Shown piece after piece: positions 38,148 through 47,889 of a DNA stretch of 64,000 bases (position 1 is the first letter of the stretch; each line of letters opens with the position of its first letter). The DNA lies in the IMG/VR virus record IMGVR_UViG_3300043464_001630, positions 172,392-236,391 of that record. One strand, written 5' to 3'. A program made the position numbers and the translations under genes. The notes under the pieces were generated by a model. It was not told the origin of the DNA, searched no databases, and was given only the letters and a program-made list of their open reading frames with translations.

Positions 38148-39398
38148 ATGATTAAACATAATATAAACAAATTGAAGAAATTCTCATCGGTCGGTGAATT
38201 ATTGCATGGATTTGGAACTGAAAGTTCTTCGGATTCGAACAAGAAAACAGACAATAAAATGAAAAAAACCAATTATAAAAAATTTCTAAAAATCATAGAA
38301 TCTGATAAAGATATTATTGTTAATGATGGCTTGATTAAAGAAATTGATTTTCCAGACCAGTTGGAATCTTCTTCTCAAGTGGCATGGCTATTTTGTAATA
38401 AGTTTCATAAGAAAATTCCAAATTCTTATTATATAGATTCTGGAAAATATAACACTGGATTGTTGGATTTCTTCAGGACCAATGGAAAGTTAGAATATAA
38501 GAAGATCTATAGCATGGATGATTATCCAGAAATTAATTATATTTTCTCTTATCAAGAATGTTTTTATACGATTAGTGTAAATTTCATTACACAAGACGGA
38601 GAAGCTTCGTTGTATAATTTTTCTTGTTATCATCCAATTCATATTGATCCTAATATAGAACAGTTTTCTAAATTTCTAGTAGTTAAGAAAGAAAATCCTA
38701 AAATTGGGATTATCAAAACGACTAGAATGGGGCCTATGGTGAGTTGGATTGAACACAAGAACGAACAGAAATTCGAAGAAGATAATTACAACGACGATTT
38801 TCCCGTATTCTTCAAAGATCTGACTGATAAGCTCTCAAGTAAAGAAAAGACTGGATTGTACTTATTTTACGGAGAAGCAGGTACTGGTAAATCTTCTGCT
38901 ATTCGTCATTTGATTAATTCGGTGGATCGTCCTGTGGTTTTCATTCCACCACAGATGATTAACTGTTTATCTAATCCAGAATTTACGGATCTTGTGACAA
39001 ACAGTCTGAAGGGATCTATTCTGGTTATTGAAGATGCAGAAAAGGCTCTTATGAAGCGAGAATCACAAGACGGATTCTTTAACTCTGAGTTGGTATCTTC
39101 TATACTGAATCTGACCGATGGCTTGTATGCGGATCTATCGCAAACTGCAATTATTGCGACATACAATTGTGATCGTAATTTAATTGATCCCGCACTACTA
39201 AGAAAAGGAAGACTTCGTTCTGAGTATCATTTCCAAAAGTTGTCTGAGGAAAGAAGCCAAAAATTGATGGACAAACAAGGTCATGATGTTAGTGTAGAAG
39301 AACCCATGACATTGGCTGATATTTTCAATTACGAAAAACAATATTCAAATGATGACAAATCTAAAAAGCCGAAAAGAGTAGTAGGCTTCGGAAAATAA
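38148..39398 (+). CDS. AAA+ ATPase (BCS1-like clade)
   Basis: GEAGTGKS, LVIEDAE, LNLTDG and IDPALLRKGR. Confidence 0.85.
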   Translation: MIKHNINKLKKFSSVGELLHGFGTESSSDSNKKTDNKMKKTNYKKFLKIIESDKDIIVNDGLIKEIDFPDQLESSSQVAWLFCNKFHKKIPNSYYIDSGKYNTGLLDFFRTNGKLEYKKIYSMDDYPEINYIFSYQECFYTISVNFITQDGEASLYNFSCYHPIHIDPNIEQFSKFLVVKKENPKIGIIKTTRMGPMVSWIEHKNEQKFEEDNYNDDFPVFFKDLTDKLSSKEKTGLYLFYGEAGTGKSSAIRHLINSVDRPVVFIPPQMINCLSNPEFTDLVTNSLKGSILVIEDAEKALMKRESQDGFFNSELVSSILNLTDGLYADLSQTAIIATYNCDRNLIDPALLRKGRLRSEYHFQKLSEERSQKLMDKQGHDVSVEEPMTLADIFNYEKQYSNDDKSKKPKRVVGFGK

Positions 39399-39402
39399 TC
39401 TT

Positions 39403-40506
39403 ATGACACTTCACGAAATCGGTTTACCAGATCCTGAACAATTTCATATCAAAGAAATCGGAGATAAGATATTGATTCATAGAAAAGAAGCAGGAGTTAA
39501 ATGGAATGATAAAAACAAATATTTCAGAAGCTCTGTATGGGAAAAAGAGTCTGGTAAATTAATTTCGGCAGGATTTCGAGCATTTGTTAATTATGGGGAG
39601 CAGCCAGACTTCGAGCCATTAGAAGCGAACAATAGGATAACAGCGGTCACTAAAACGGACGGAAGTTTGTTATGCGTTTCGAGCTACAAAGGTGAATTGA
39701 TTGTTCGAACTAGAGGAACTGTAGATGCTACTAAATTATCTAATGGACACGAGATAGAGTTCTTAAAAAACAAGTATCCACGGGTTTTTAATAATCACTA
39801 TATAAACAACGGACGATATACTCTATTGTTTGAGTGGACAACTCCTACTAATAGAATTGTTTTAGCTGAAACAACAGAACCTTGTTTATGGTTAATTGGA
39901 ATGGTCCTACATGATTCAAAAGATGAATTTTATAAATACGTACAGCAAGAACATCTAAATACGGTCGCATGGTTTTTAGAAGTTGAACGACCGAAAACAT
40001 ATAGTATCACTGTTTCGGATAATATCGAAAAACTAAAAAAAGATATCGAACCTTTGGTTGATATCGAAGGAGTTGTTGTGTATGATGAGTCTGGTCAGAT
40101 TTTAAAGAAGATCAAGACCTTACGCTATTTAGAGTTGCATAAAGTATTCACTGGTGTAAAAACTGTGGATCACTTGTTTGATATTTTTGTTGAGTATGGT
40201 TGTACTTATAGAGAAAACTTCGAAGCATTACTAGCTACTAATTTTGATTGGGAATTAGTGACTACATTGAAACCTTTGATTGACGAATTGTATCAGAAGT
40301 GGCAAGTCATAACAGATAAACAATTTTCTATTGGAATGTTTATTGGTAATGTCGATATCTCAGGATTGAGCAGAAAAGAAAAAGCACAACAAATTCTGAA
40401 TCATTTCCCAGATTGTTCCGGTATTGCATTTGCGATGATGGATGGAAAAAAATTAACTCCGCATAAACTTTGGAAAACATTTCATGAAAAATCCGCCACC
40501 AGTTAA
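39403..40506 (+). CDS. T4 Rnl1-like RNA ligase
   Basis: F.N.GE, KTDGSL, RTRG, TLLFE...P.NRIV, EGVV and KIK. Confidence 0.82.
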   Translation: MTLHEIGLPDPEQFHIKEIGDKILIHRKEAGVKWNDKNKYFRSSVWEKESGKLISAGFRAFVNYGEQPDFEPLEANNRITAVTKTDGSLLCVSSYKGELIVRTRGTVDATKLSNGHEIEFLKNKYPRVFNNHYINNGRYTLLFEWTTPTNRIVLAETTEPCLWLIGMVLHDSKDEFYKYVQQEHLNTVAWFLEVERPKTYSITVSDNIEKLKKDIEPLVDIEGVVVYDESGQILKKIKTLRYLELHKVFTGVKTVDHLFDIFVEYGCTYRENFEALLATNFDWELVTTLKPLIDELYQKWQVITDKQFSIGMFIGNVDISGLSRKEKAQQILNHFPDCSGIAFAMMDGKKLTPHKLWKTFHEKSATS

Positions 40507-40849
40507 ATCACTCATTCCATATGATATGGATAGAGGTGGTCAAGTTATCGAAAAACTTGATTTATCGTTTGTAAATCAAAACAGAAAGAATAAACTTAAT
40601 AATTATGCCACAGCAAAGATGGAAGATATCAAAAGGCAGTACGATGAAACTATTGCATTATGGCAATGGAATAATTACGTCGATTCCTTCAATATTGGAT
40701 TTGATCCCGTAGTAGGAAAAGTGTATTTTCTTTACGAAGGCGCTACGAAATTTGTTTCTATTCTAAGTCCTGAAGAATTTAAACGAGAATGTGTAGGTGC
40801 TACAAAATTAACAAGTGACGGTTACTGGGAGGAAGTTAAATGGAAGTAA
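40484..40849 (+). CDS. DUF2452-like protein
   Basis: F.PVVGKVY.LY....SILSPEE..L.SD..W. Confidence 0.55.
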   Translation: MKNPPPVKSLIPYDMDRGGQVIEKLDLSFVNQNRKNKLNNYATAKMEDIKRQYDETIALWQWNNYVDSFNIGFDPVVGKVYFLYEGATKFVSILSPEEFKRECVGATKLTSDGYWEEVKWK

Positions 40850-41460
40850 TGCAAAAATTAACGGACGAAGTTTACAATAAACTATTTGTAACGTCCGACA
40901 CCCACTTTAACCACAATAAAGAGTTTGTCTATAAAACTCGTGGTTATGAAGATCCCACACAAATGACAGAGGATATGATAAACACTATCAATTCCACTGT
41001 TGGAGAAGATGGCATTCTTTTACATTTAGGTGATTTTTGTCTAAACACTACTAGAGAACAGTATCACGATATTCTTAGTAAACTAAAAGTTAAAGAAATC
41101 TGGATGCTCTGGGGTAATCATAATAATCCAATTCAAAGATCATACGGAGGAATTAGAGAACAAGTGTGTTCTTATACCAAAAACGTCTTTATTCGTTATT
41201 TGGGTCATTACTTTACTTTCAGGAACAAGAAAAACATGTTTGTGTGTTTTCATTTCCCGATCCATAGTTTTGATGGGGTAAATCACGGTTCGATGCACCT
41301 TTGTGGTCATTCGCATGGAAACTACGAAATCTCCCGTCCAGAAAATCATGAACAAAAAATCCTAGATTGCGGCTGGGACATCCACAAAAAGCCGTTGACA
41401 ATGAAGGAAATCGAAACTATCATGAGCCACAAAAATTTAAAGAAACTGCATCATGATTGA
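40840..41460 (+). CDS. Calcineurin-like metallophosphoesterase
   Basis: TSDTHF.H, LGDF, GNH, HFP and GHSH motifs. Confidence 0.88.
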   Translation: MEVMQKLTDEVYNKLFVTSDTHFNHNKEFVYKTRGYEDPTQMTEDMINTINSTVGEDGILLHLGDFCLNTTREQYHDILSKLKVKEIWMLWGNHNNPIQRSYGGIREQVCSYTKNVFIRYLGHYFTFRNKKNMFVCFHFPIHSFDGVNHGSMHLCGHSHGNYEISRPENHEQKILDCGWDIHKKPLTMKEIETIMSHKNLKKLHHD

Positions 41461-41650
41461 AAACAAAGAAGAACAGAAGATTCAGATGACGGAGGATATT
41501 GAATATTGGCTACTTAAAGCAAAAGGCTCAATCGAGCAAGCCATAGAAGAAAAAGATCCTATGATTTGTTTGTCGCACATTCGTCAAGCTGAAATTGCCA
41601 TTCGTTCACATGTAAATTATATTCAAGTTAAAGAAACCAACCAACAATAA
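41453..41650 (+). CDS. Hypothetical protein
   Basis: Operon spacing. Confidence 0.55.
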   Translation: MIENKEEQKIQMTEDIEYWLLKAKGSIEQAIEEKDPMICLSHIRQAEIAIRSHVNYIQVKETNQQ

Positions 41651-41653
41651 ATT

Positions 41654-41875
41654 ATGCAAAACCTATTTACTACCTATGATCTCGAAGTGATGGAAAAATT
41701 CGAAATCATTTTCGATAGAGCACCAAACGAAAAAACTGCAAAACAAAACGCAGTTACTTATTATAAGTCACTGATGGATGAAAACGAAGAAGCCGACATT
41801 GACGAAATCATTGATTTGGCCGAATCTTACGGATATGATTTTGATGATTTCGAATCACTCATAGACGCTGAGTAA
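41654..41875 (+). CDS. Small acidic protein
   Basis: Very D/E-rich C-terminus. Confidence 0.6.
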   Translation: MQNLFTTYDLEVMEKFEIIFDRAPNEKTAKQNAVTYYKSLMDENEEADIDEIIDLAESYGYDFDDFESLIDAE

Positions 41876-41877
41876 TT

Positions 41878-42153
41878 ATGATTGAACATAAGCCATTGAA
41901 AGAATCTTTTTCTAAATACGGATTTGATTACAAGATGATCAAACGTACAAAGAAAAAAGCCATTTTTGAACAATCAAAAAGAAACAGAGTATTCAGTTAT
42001 GAAGTGATTACTGTTTCTAAGCATAACGGATTCACTTTGGGAGATGTATATATTGAGCCATCTGAAACATATCCATCTACATCTGAATGGGGCGCGAAAG
42101 GGTTTACTTATAAAACACTAGAAGAAGCAGAACGGAAATATAAGGAACTCTAA
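41878..42153 (+). CDS. Hypothetical phage protein
   Basis: E.YPS..EWG..G(F/W)T motif. Confidence 0.6.
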   Translation: MIEHKPLKESFSKYGFDYKMIKRTKKKAIFEQSKRNRVFSYEVITVSKHNGFTLGDVYIEPSETYPSTSEWGAKGFTYKTLEEAERKYKEL

Positions 42154-42161
42154 ATATTTAG

Positions 42162-42362
42162 ATGTTCCGAATTGACCCTATCGATAAACATGGAAATGTA
42201 GATGTAGAATTCTTTGCTTGTGATGAGTATGTTTCTGAGAGCGATGTCTTGAGAAGATATCTGAAATTAGAAGGATTTGATGAAACTGACAAAGTTTTCT
42301 TTATTGATTTTAGAAACAGAAAATGGCAGGTTACTCCATGTAAAAAACAAAAGAAAAAATGA
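42162..42362 (+). CDS. Hypothetical late protein
   Basis: TAAATA at 42151-42156. Confidence 0.5.
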   Translation: MFRIDPIDKHGNVDVEFFACDEYVSESDVLRRYLKLEGFDETDKVFFIDFRNRKWQVTPCKKQKKK

Positions 42363-42588
42363 AAAATTTAGAACTAAACATTGGAAAATTAACAATAGTG
42401 ATTGGAGTGATTTTGGATTTGTTGGTTTATGGAATTGTGTACTATTTTGGATACAAGCACGGCAAACACGATTTCGAAACGATTCAAACAAATATGAAAA
42501 TAGAAATTGAAAAAATAGCACAGAATTGATAAATACTTATATGCACTAATGGTTCTTCGCTACCATAAACGACGATTGGTCACGTGCT

Positions 42589-42631
42589 AACCCGCTTTCT
42601 GTCACTACTGAGGAGAGCGGGTTTCTTTTTT
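42589..42631 (+). terminator. Intrinsic terminator closing a short late transcript
   Basis: AACCCGCTTTCT/GGAGAGCGGGTT followed by a T-run. Confidence 0.75.
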
Positions 42632-42958
42632 CCTAAAAAGATAAATAAACACATGGTATTACTATGTTCTTTTTTCGCTTTACGTTATTTTGGTGTTGTC
42701 ACTAGTACTGTTTCGTGGTATGAAATACTCATCTGTGTAGCGATTATTAAAATACTAGAAAAGATACTAGGCGATGAGAAAACTGACTAAAAACTTCAAC
42801 AACGATTGGCTAAACTATAGATTCAGCACAAACATAAGAAAATCCGAAGATTCTCAGTTTTCTAAAATTATTTGGGTTTTCGTCGGCATAGCCCATTTGA
42901 TGGGAGTTGTAGCTCTTTTGAAAACTTAAATTATCAACAGACATGCTAAATAATTAGC

Positions 42959-43276
42959 GTGTCCAGTATTAAGAAATTAACTAAAAAAGAAAGTCTCGAA
43001 TTGTTTGAGCGTGTGATAAACATGATCAAAAAACAAAAACGAGGCTTTTTTTATTTTAAAAAGTTAAAAGGAGTACATGGATATTGCGAATGGGAAGAAG
43101 GAATTATATTAGATTACAGAAAAGATCTAATACCCACAATAATACACGAATGTATACATTACCTAGAACCAGAATGGTCTGAAGCACAAGTAATGTATTC
43201 AGAGAGTAGAGTAGTCAATTCCATAACAGAAGATGATGTAATAAAATTGTTATTATATTTCGTCAAGAAAATCTAA
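42959..43276 (+). CDS. Small HExxH (zincin-like) protein
   Basis: TIIHECIH; TAAATA box upstream. Confidence 0.55.
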   Translation: MSSIKKLTKKESLELFERVINMIKKQKRGFFYFKKLKGVHGYCEWEEGIILDYRKDLIPTIIHECIHYLEPEWSEAQVMYSESRVVNSITEDDVIKLLLYFVKKI

Positions 43277-43395
43277 CGAAATTTCACACATAATATAGAA
43301 ATATACACTATTTTATAGAAAAATAAAGAAAATAAAAATATTTTTCAAAAACATCAAGAAAATCACATCATGTAGACTAAATAATCTATAGATAC

Positions 43396-44703
43396 ATGAT
43401 TAGTATTAAATGCAAAATTAAAAACCAAATTGATGTTGCTGATTATATCCGTCAGTTTAACAACGTCAAGCGTTTTGCATATAATCGTTTCTTAGAAAAG
43501 AAAAGCTTATCAGAAGTTTATCATTTATCTTGCAAAACTTTAAATAATTGCGAGTTGCTAGATGCTTCCTTTAGAGAAGCTGCTGTTCTGAAAGCTAAAG
43601 AGATTTACGATACAAGTGGGGATAATAAAGTAATCTTCGGTGGTAGATCAAATTTCAATAAACTCAAATATAAAAAAGAATCAGCCAAACCTTTACGAAG
43701 AAATGTTTCTTTTTATTCACAAGGTAGAGCAAATTTCAAAGGTAATCGTAAATTTAATTTTGACTTAGAAAACAACAAAGTAGTTTTTAAACCAGAAAGA
43801 AAAGTTAAGATAGAAATAAAATTCGAAGAAGTTTCTAAAAATCAAAAGAAACTTTTAAAGAAAGCACAATATCTGTCACAAAGAAAAGAACTTTCAATTT
43901 CTGTTCAAGTTTCGGAAACTCATATAATATTTGCTATAGATGAATCTATTTTACAGAATCAAAATTACAAACCAATCAAAAATAGAATTTTAGCTTTAGA
44001 TTCTAATCCAGAAAATATTGGTTTGAGTATTATAGATTGGATTGACCCAGATACTAAAACTATTATTCATAAAGAAGTTATTGATCTGAAAGGACTTAGA
44101 GATCTTAGTACGAACAAAAAACATCATGAAATCCTTAGCGTTTCTCAAAGAATAGCCAAGTTAGCTAAACATTACCAATGCGAAATCGTATGTTTCGAAA
44201 AGCTCAATATTAAGCCTAAGGATAATGGAAAAGGAAAACTTTATAATCGTTTAGTAAACAATAATTGGAATCGTATCAAGTTCTTCCAGAACCTTACTAA
44301 ATGGTGTAATATCTTTGGAATAGCAACCCAAGAAGTTGCTTCCGAATTTTCAAGTTTTATTGGTCAATTAACAAATGAACATGATGTGGACATGATAGCT
44401 GCTTCGATAGAAATCTCACGAAGAGGTTTCCTATTCTACAATCATTATGTTGCTAAAAGAATTTCGTCAGTAAATAACGAAAAGGTGAACATAGTTTACC
44501 CTGAGTTTAATGTTAGTTCTCTACCTACTCGTTGGAAGAAAATGGTACAGGATGATGATGCATTAGGTTCATGGAAGAAACTATACTATCATCTAAAAAA
44601 ATCAGAAACGAGTTATAGGTTTTCTCTGAAGGATTGGAAACAGTCCAAAGAGTTTTTAAGGCACAAGTCTAGGAAAAGTAATGTTTTTCTATATTTCGGC
44701 TAA
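43396..44703 (+). CDS. tnpB: TnpB-related RuvC nuclease lacking the C-terminal Zn ribbon
   Basis: RFAYNR, VIFGG, GNRKF; RuvC-I ALDSNP, RuvC-II FEKL, SSFIG and RuvC-III DMIAASIEISRRG. Confidence 0.82.
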   Translation: MISIKCKIKNQIDVADYIRQFNNVKRFAYNRFLEKKSLSEVYHLSCKTLNNCELLDASFREAAVLKAKEIYDTSGDNKVIFGGRSNFNKLKYKKESAKPLRRNVSFYSQGRANFKGNRKFNFDLENNKVVFKPERKVKIEIKFEEVSKNQKKLLKKAQYLSQRKELSISVQVSETHIIFAIDESILQNQNYKPIKNRILALDSNPENIGLSIIDWIDPDTKTIIHKEVIDLKGLRDLSTNKKHHEILSVSQRIAKLAKHYQCEIVCFEKLNIKPKDNGKGKLYNRLVNNNWNRIKFFQNLTKWCNIFGIATQEVASEFSSFIGQLTNEHDVDMIAASIEISRRGFLFYNHYVAKRISSVNNEKVNIVYPEFNVSSLPTRWKKMVQDDDALGSWKKLYYHLKKSETSYRFSLKDWKQSKEFLRHKSRKSNVFLYFG

Positions 44704-44717
44704 CTCTAAATAATGTT

Positions 44718-44966
44718 ATGGAATTCAGTAAAGTTACAAAAGAAGTTAATGAAAAGTTAAAGTCTATGTCTCTTGATGAGAAAGTAATACTTTTTAAAAC
44801 TTTATTCAAATATCCAATAGACTACAAAGACGGTGTGTATACATACGGTGCTCATGAATGGGACGAAACCAGAATGTCTGATTTTCTAGAAGTAAACATG
44901 CACTGGATGAGTGTTAAGGAATTCGATTATTTGCATTACTATTTTACTAAAAATAACTTATTTTAG
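44718..44966 (+). CDS. Hypothetical late protein
   Basis: TAAATA at 44707-44712. Confidence 0.55.
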   Translation: MEFSKVTKEVNEKLKSMSLDEKVILFKTLFKYPIDYKDGVYTYGAHEWDETRMSDFLEVNMHWMSVKEFDYLHYYFTKNNLF

Positions 44967-44981
44967 CACTAAATAGTATCT

Positions 44982-46616
44982 ATGAAGTATAGTACTGATC
45001 CTATTTTCGAAGCCTATTCCAACCACAGAAAACAATTTATTTTAGAACAAAGTGTAGCTAGTTTTTACGCTTCTGATCCTCTTCAAGAGCTTCGTGATTT
45101 ATATCAGTACGATTTAGATTGTATCGAAGAATTAATGACCGAAGGAATGCTAGGAGATGCATTCGGTAAAGTTAAAGGTGGTATACAAAAAGCCACTTCT
45201 TATGTTGCTAATAAAGGATTACAGTTATTATTCAGTTTAATTAAAAAGACAGCAACTCCAGAAGAATTAAAAGAAATTCAGGGACTAAAAGATGCAGATC
45301 TTGAAGAGTTAGCAAAGAAAGGAAAAGAAGCATTAAAATCTTCTAGTTCTTCTGAAGATTCAGCTACTAAGAATGAATCTGTTTATTTAAATAAGAGTTT
45401 CTTTGCTTCTATATTAACAGAATCTAATATCGAAGTGATGCTAGAAAAGTATGGTTTCATTACTGAACAGATCTTATCAGAAGCACGAGCGGGATATAGT
45501 CCAAAATTTGCCGCAAATTATCCCGAAAAGATGGAAAAGCGAAGCTTACCATATAAACAAGGAATCAAAAGACAACGTGCGGAAACAGCTAAAAAAAACT
45601 TAGAACTTGCTAAATTAGCAAAAGTAGTAGCAGATGGTTTAAAGAAGAAATACAATACACGAGAAGTTAATAGATTTTTATTAGCACTTGATAACGAAGT
45701 TAGCCAACGTGCTCCTGTTACTGGTTTGCGTAGGAGACCAACTGATATTGCCGGTGGTGATGAATCTTCATTAACAACTTCAGGAAGCCGATTCAGATCA
45801 CCAGCACCTAAACGATTGGCTGGTTCTGAAGAACCTACAACAATTGATGTACAAGCAGAAACACTTCCTATTGAACCAGAAGCATTACCATATAGCGGCG
45901 AAACTGCTCCGAAGGAAAAGAAAAAAGAAGGACTTATTCGTAAAGCAATTAATTGGGTAAAAGCTAATCCAAAGAGAACTGCTGGTACATTGGTTGGCAT
46001 TATTGCGGCGATTGGGGTCGCAGTGGGTGGTCCTGCCGTGTTACTTCCTATGTTAGCCAAAGCTGGACTAGGTTCTACTGCATTAGGCGCAGCAGGAGGA
46101 GCAATTAGCGGAGCTGGACTTGGTGCCGCTAAGAACATCGCATCACAAGGATTTAGTAATAAGAAATTTTCAGGAAAAGAACTAGGCAAAGCCGCACTAA
46201 AAGGTGGAGCATTCGGTGCAGTTACAGGAGCAATCGGAGGAGCAACTAAACTTGCCGATCAAGATGTCGCTACAGGAGCAGGAGATTCTGGAGCAGGAGA
46301 AGTAGACACAGCCGATGTAGGAGACGCAAAAGAAGGTGGTAGTGATTACACTGGTGGAGCAGAAGACGTTTCTGCTACTTCGGAAGATTTCCAAAAATAC
46401 AACGGAGAAGAATTAGATCCTAAATCATGGAGAGATAAGATTAAAATGGCAGCTCTTGATAAACTAAAGAAAGATGGTGATGGACAAATTGATGGTAGTA
46501 AGTATAATAGCTTCGTGAAGAAATTAGTAGCTATGGGCAAAGATGCCAAAGGAAAATCAATTGAATCTATAATGGGAGAATCTTATACCGTACAATATTT
46601 GAGTCTACTAAGGTAA
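44982..46616 (+). CDS. Putative internal-virion or ejection protein with Gly/Ala-rich hydrophobic segments
   Basis: TAAATA box; several (I/L)xE sites; long GxxxG-rich hydrophobic stretch. Confidence 0.6.
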   Translation: MKYSTDPIFEAYSNHRKQFILEQSVASFYASDPLQELRDLYQYDLDCIEELMTEGMLGDAFGKVKGGIQKATSYVANKGLQLLFSLIKKTATPEELKEIQGLKDADLEELAKKGKEALKSSSSSEDSATKNESVYLNKSFFASILTESNIEVMLEKYGFITEQILSEARAGYSPKFAANYPEKMEKRSLPYKQGIKRQRAETAKKNLELAKLAKVVADGLKKKYNTREVNRFLLALDNEVSQRAPVTGLRRRPTDIAGGDESSLTTSGSRFRSPAPKRLAGSEEPTTIDVQAETLPIEPEALPYSGETAPKEKKKEGLIRKAINWVKANPKRTAGTLVGIIAAIGVAVGGPAVLLPMLAKAGLGSTALGAAGGAISGAGLGAAKNIASQGFSNKKFSGKELGKAALKGGAFGAVTGAIGGATKLADQDVATGAGDSGAGEVDTADVGDAKEGGSDYTGGAEDVSATSEDFQKYNGEELDPKSWRDKIKMAALDKLKKDGDGQIDGSKYNSFVKKLVAMGKDAKGKSIESIMGESYTVQYLSLLR

Positions 46617-46628
46617 ACAAAATTACTT

Positions 46629-46661
46629 AAAAGCTCGCACTTAAATGTGCGAGCTTTTTTT
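46629..46661. terminator. Bidirectional terminator between convergent genes
   Basis: AAAAGCTCGCAC/GTGCGAGCTTTT. Confidence 0.8.
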
Positions 46662-47009
46662 GTGCTCAAGATAGACTTCGCCATATGCTTCAAACTGACC
46701 AACAAGATCCTGAAACTCCCTTTGAGTCATTTTATGCCATTTTTGTATTCTTGCTGCTAGAGCGTCTGCTTTGGCTTTTATGTCTTTTTCGAAACTTTCT
46801 TTTTTTAATGTACGTAGAGCTTGAGAATATGGTTTTTCTTTGGCGGCGAAATGAATCTCCGTTAATTTTGCAGGCCCGCCCTTTGCTTTTGCTGTTTTTC
46901 TAATTTTATCGGCACCACTTTTTCGAGCTTCTACGAATTTTTCAAAATCGTTGACACTCTTCTTCGATTCAGTTAGTATCTCTTCCATCAGTTGGTTGAA
47001 CTTTTGCAT
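46641..47009 (-). CDS. Basic putative internal-head protein
   Basis: TAAATA box; MQKFNQLMEEILTE N-terminus. Confidence 0.6.
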   Translation of the reverse strand: MQKFNQLMEEILTESKKSVNDFEKFVEARKSGADKIRKTAKAKGGPAKLTEIHFAAKEKPYSQALRTLKKESFEKDIKAKADALAARIQKWHKMTQREFQDLVGQFEAYGEVYLEHKKSSHI

Positions 47010-47019
47010 GTAACTATTT

Positions 47020-47190
47020 ATGAAAAAACTTTGTAGATTTTATTGCGTAGATTGCGATAACGCTTTCATGGATGTTTTGAACATTACAGAAGAAAAGGTT
47101 GATTTTACTAGGCAATGTGAGTACTGCGGCAAAACTTTCGAAGCAGAACATATTTCTGATGAAAAAGATAACCAACAAAACCAGAATTAA
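47020..47190 (+). CDS. Small zinc-ribbon protein (56 aa, not in the ORF track)
   Basis: MKKLCRFYCVDCD...CEYCG. Confidence 0.55.
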   Translation: MKKLCRFYCVDCDNAFMDVLNITEEKVDFTRQCEYCGKTFEAEHISDEKDNQQNQN

Positions 47191-47383
47191 AGTTCACCGA
47201 TCCATCGGAAAAGAATTTGGTATAAGTTTTTGGAATGGATTTGAATTAAGAAATCACTTAAATGTAAATTTCGGTTTAGTTTTTACTTCTAAACGGTTTG
47301 TGTACGATTATTATAAACCTACTTGTGAACATAAATTAATGATTTTTGCGATTCAACACAACAACTACATAAGAAAAAAATGA
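47159..47383 (+). CDS. Hypothetical protein
   Basis: ATG 47159 preferred; overlaps the sigma factor start (ATGA). Confidence 0.5.
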   Translation: MKKITNKTRIKVHRSIGKEFGISFWNGFELRNHLNVNFGLVFTSKRFVYDYYKPTCEHKLMIFAIQHNNYIRKK

Positions 47384-47889
47384 ATACAATCCCAACAGAA
47401 CTACTAACTCAGCTATATGCGGAAAAGCATCGTGAATTGTATTTGACATCAAATCGTATTGTAAAAGATGACGAACTTGCACATGATGTAGTACAAGAAT
47501 GTTTCGCTCGTTTGCATAAACAAGATTTTGACAAAGTGGGTGATCATTTGATTCCTTGGTTGTTCACGGTTTGTAGAAATCTATCCATTAGATTTTTAAA
47601 CAAAAAGAATCGTTTCGTGGAAATTTTTGAAACTGATTACGACAAAATTGATGAATCACGAACTCCAAGCGAACAAATGGATCTAGAGATTCATAAGAAA
47701 CTCTTAAAAAAGTGCATGAGGAAGCTCACTAAGCGGCAACGTGATGTACTTAAACTTAGGTTCTTTAAAGATCTGGATTATAATACTTGTGCTAAAAAGC
47801 TAAAAACTTCCAGCGGAAATATAGGCTTTCAGCAAAGTACGGCAATTCAAAAACTTAGAAAAATGATGATGGATCAAATTCATGAATGA
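47380..47889 (+). CDS. ECF-type RNA polymerase sigma-70 factor
   Basis: Region 2 A.DVVQECF..L..WLFTVCRN; region 4 L..RQR.VL.LRFF..L.Y...A..L. Confidence 0.88.
   Translation: MNTIPTELLTQLYAEKHRELYLTSNRIVKDDELAHDVVQECFARLHKQDFDKVGDHLIPWLFTVCRNLSIRFLNKKNRFVEIFETDYDKIDESRTPSEQMDLEIHKKLLKKCMRKLTKRQRDVLKLRFFKDLDYNTCAKKLKTSSGNIGFQQSTAIQKLRKMMMDQIHE

Noticed and set aside
42545-42590. Fluoride riboswitch (ATGG..CCATAAACG..GCTAA resemblance)
   Set aside because: It lacks the 5' GGNGA and 3' TGAC pseudoknot elements, and no fluoride-related gene follows.
45518-46189. 223-aa minus-strand ORF
   Set aside because: It lies entirely antisense to 44982-46616 and has no motifs or promoter.
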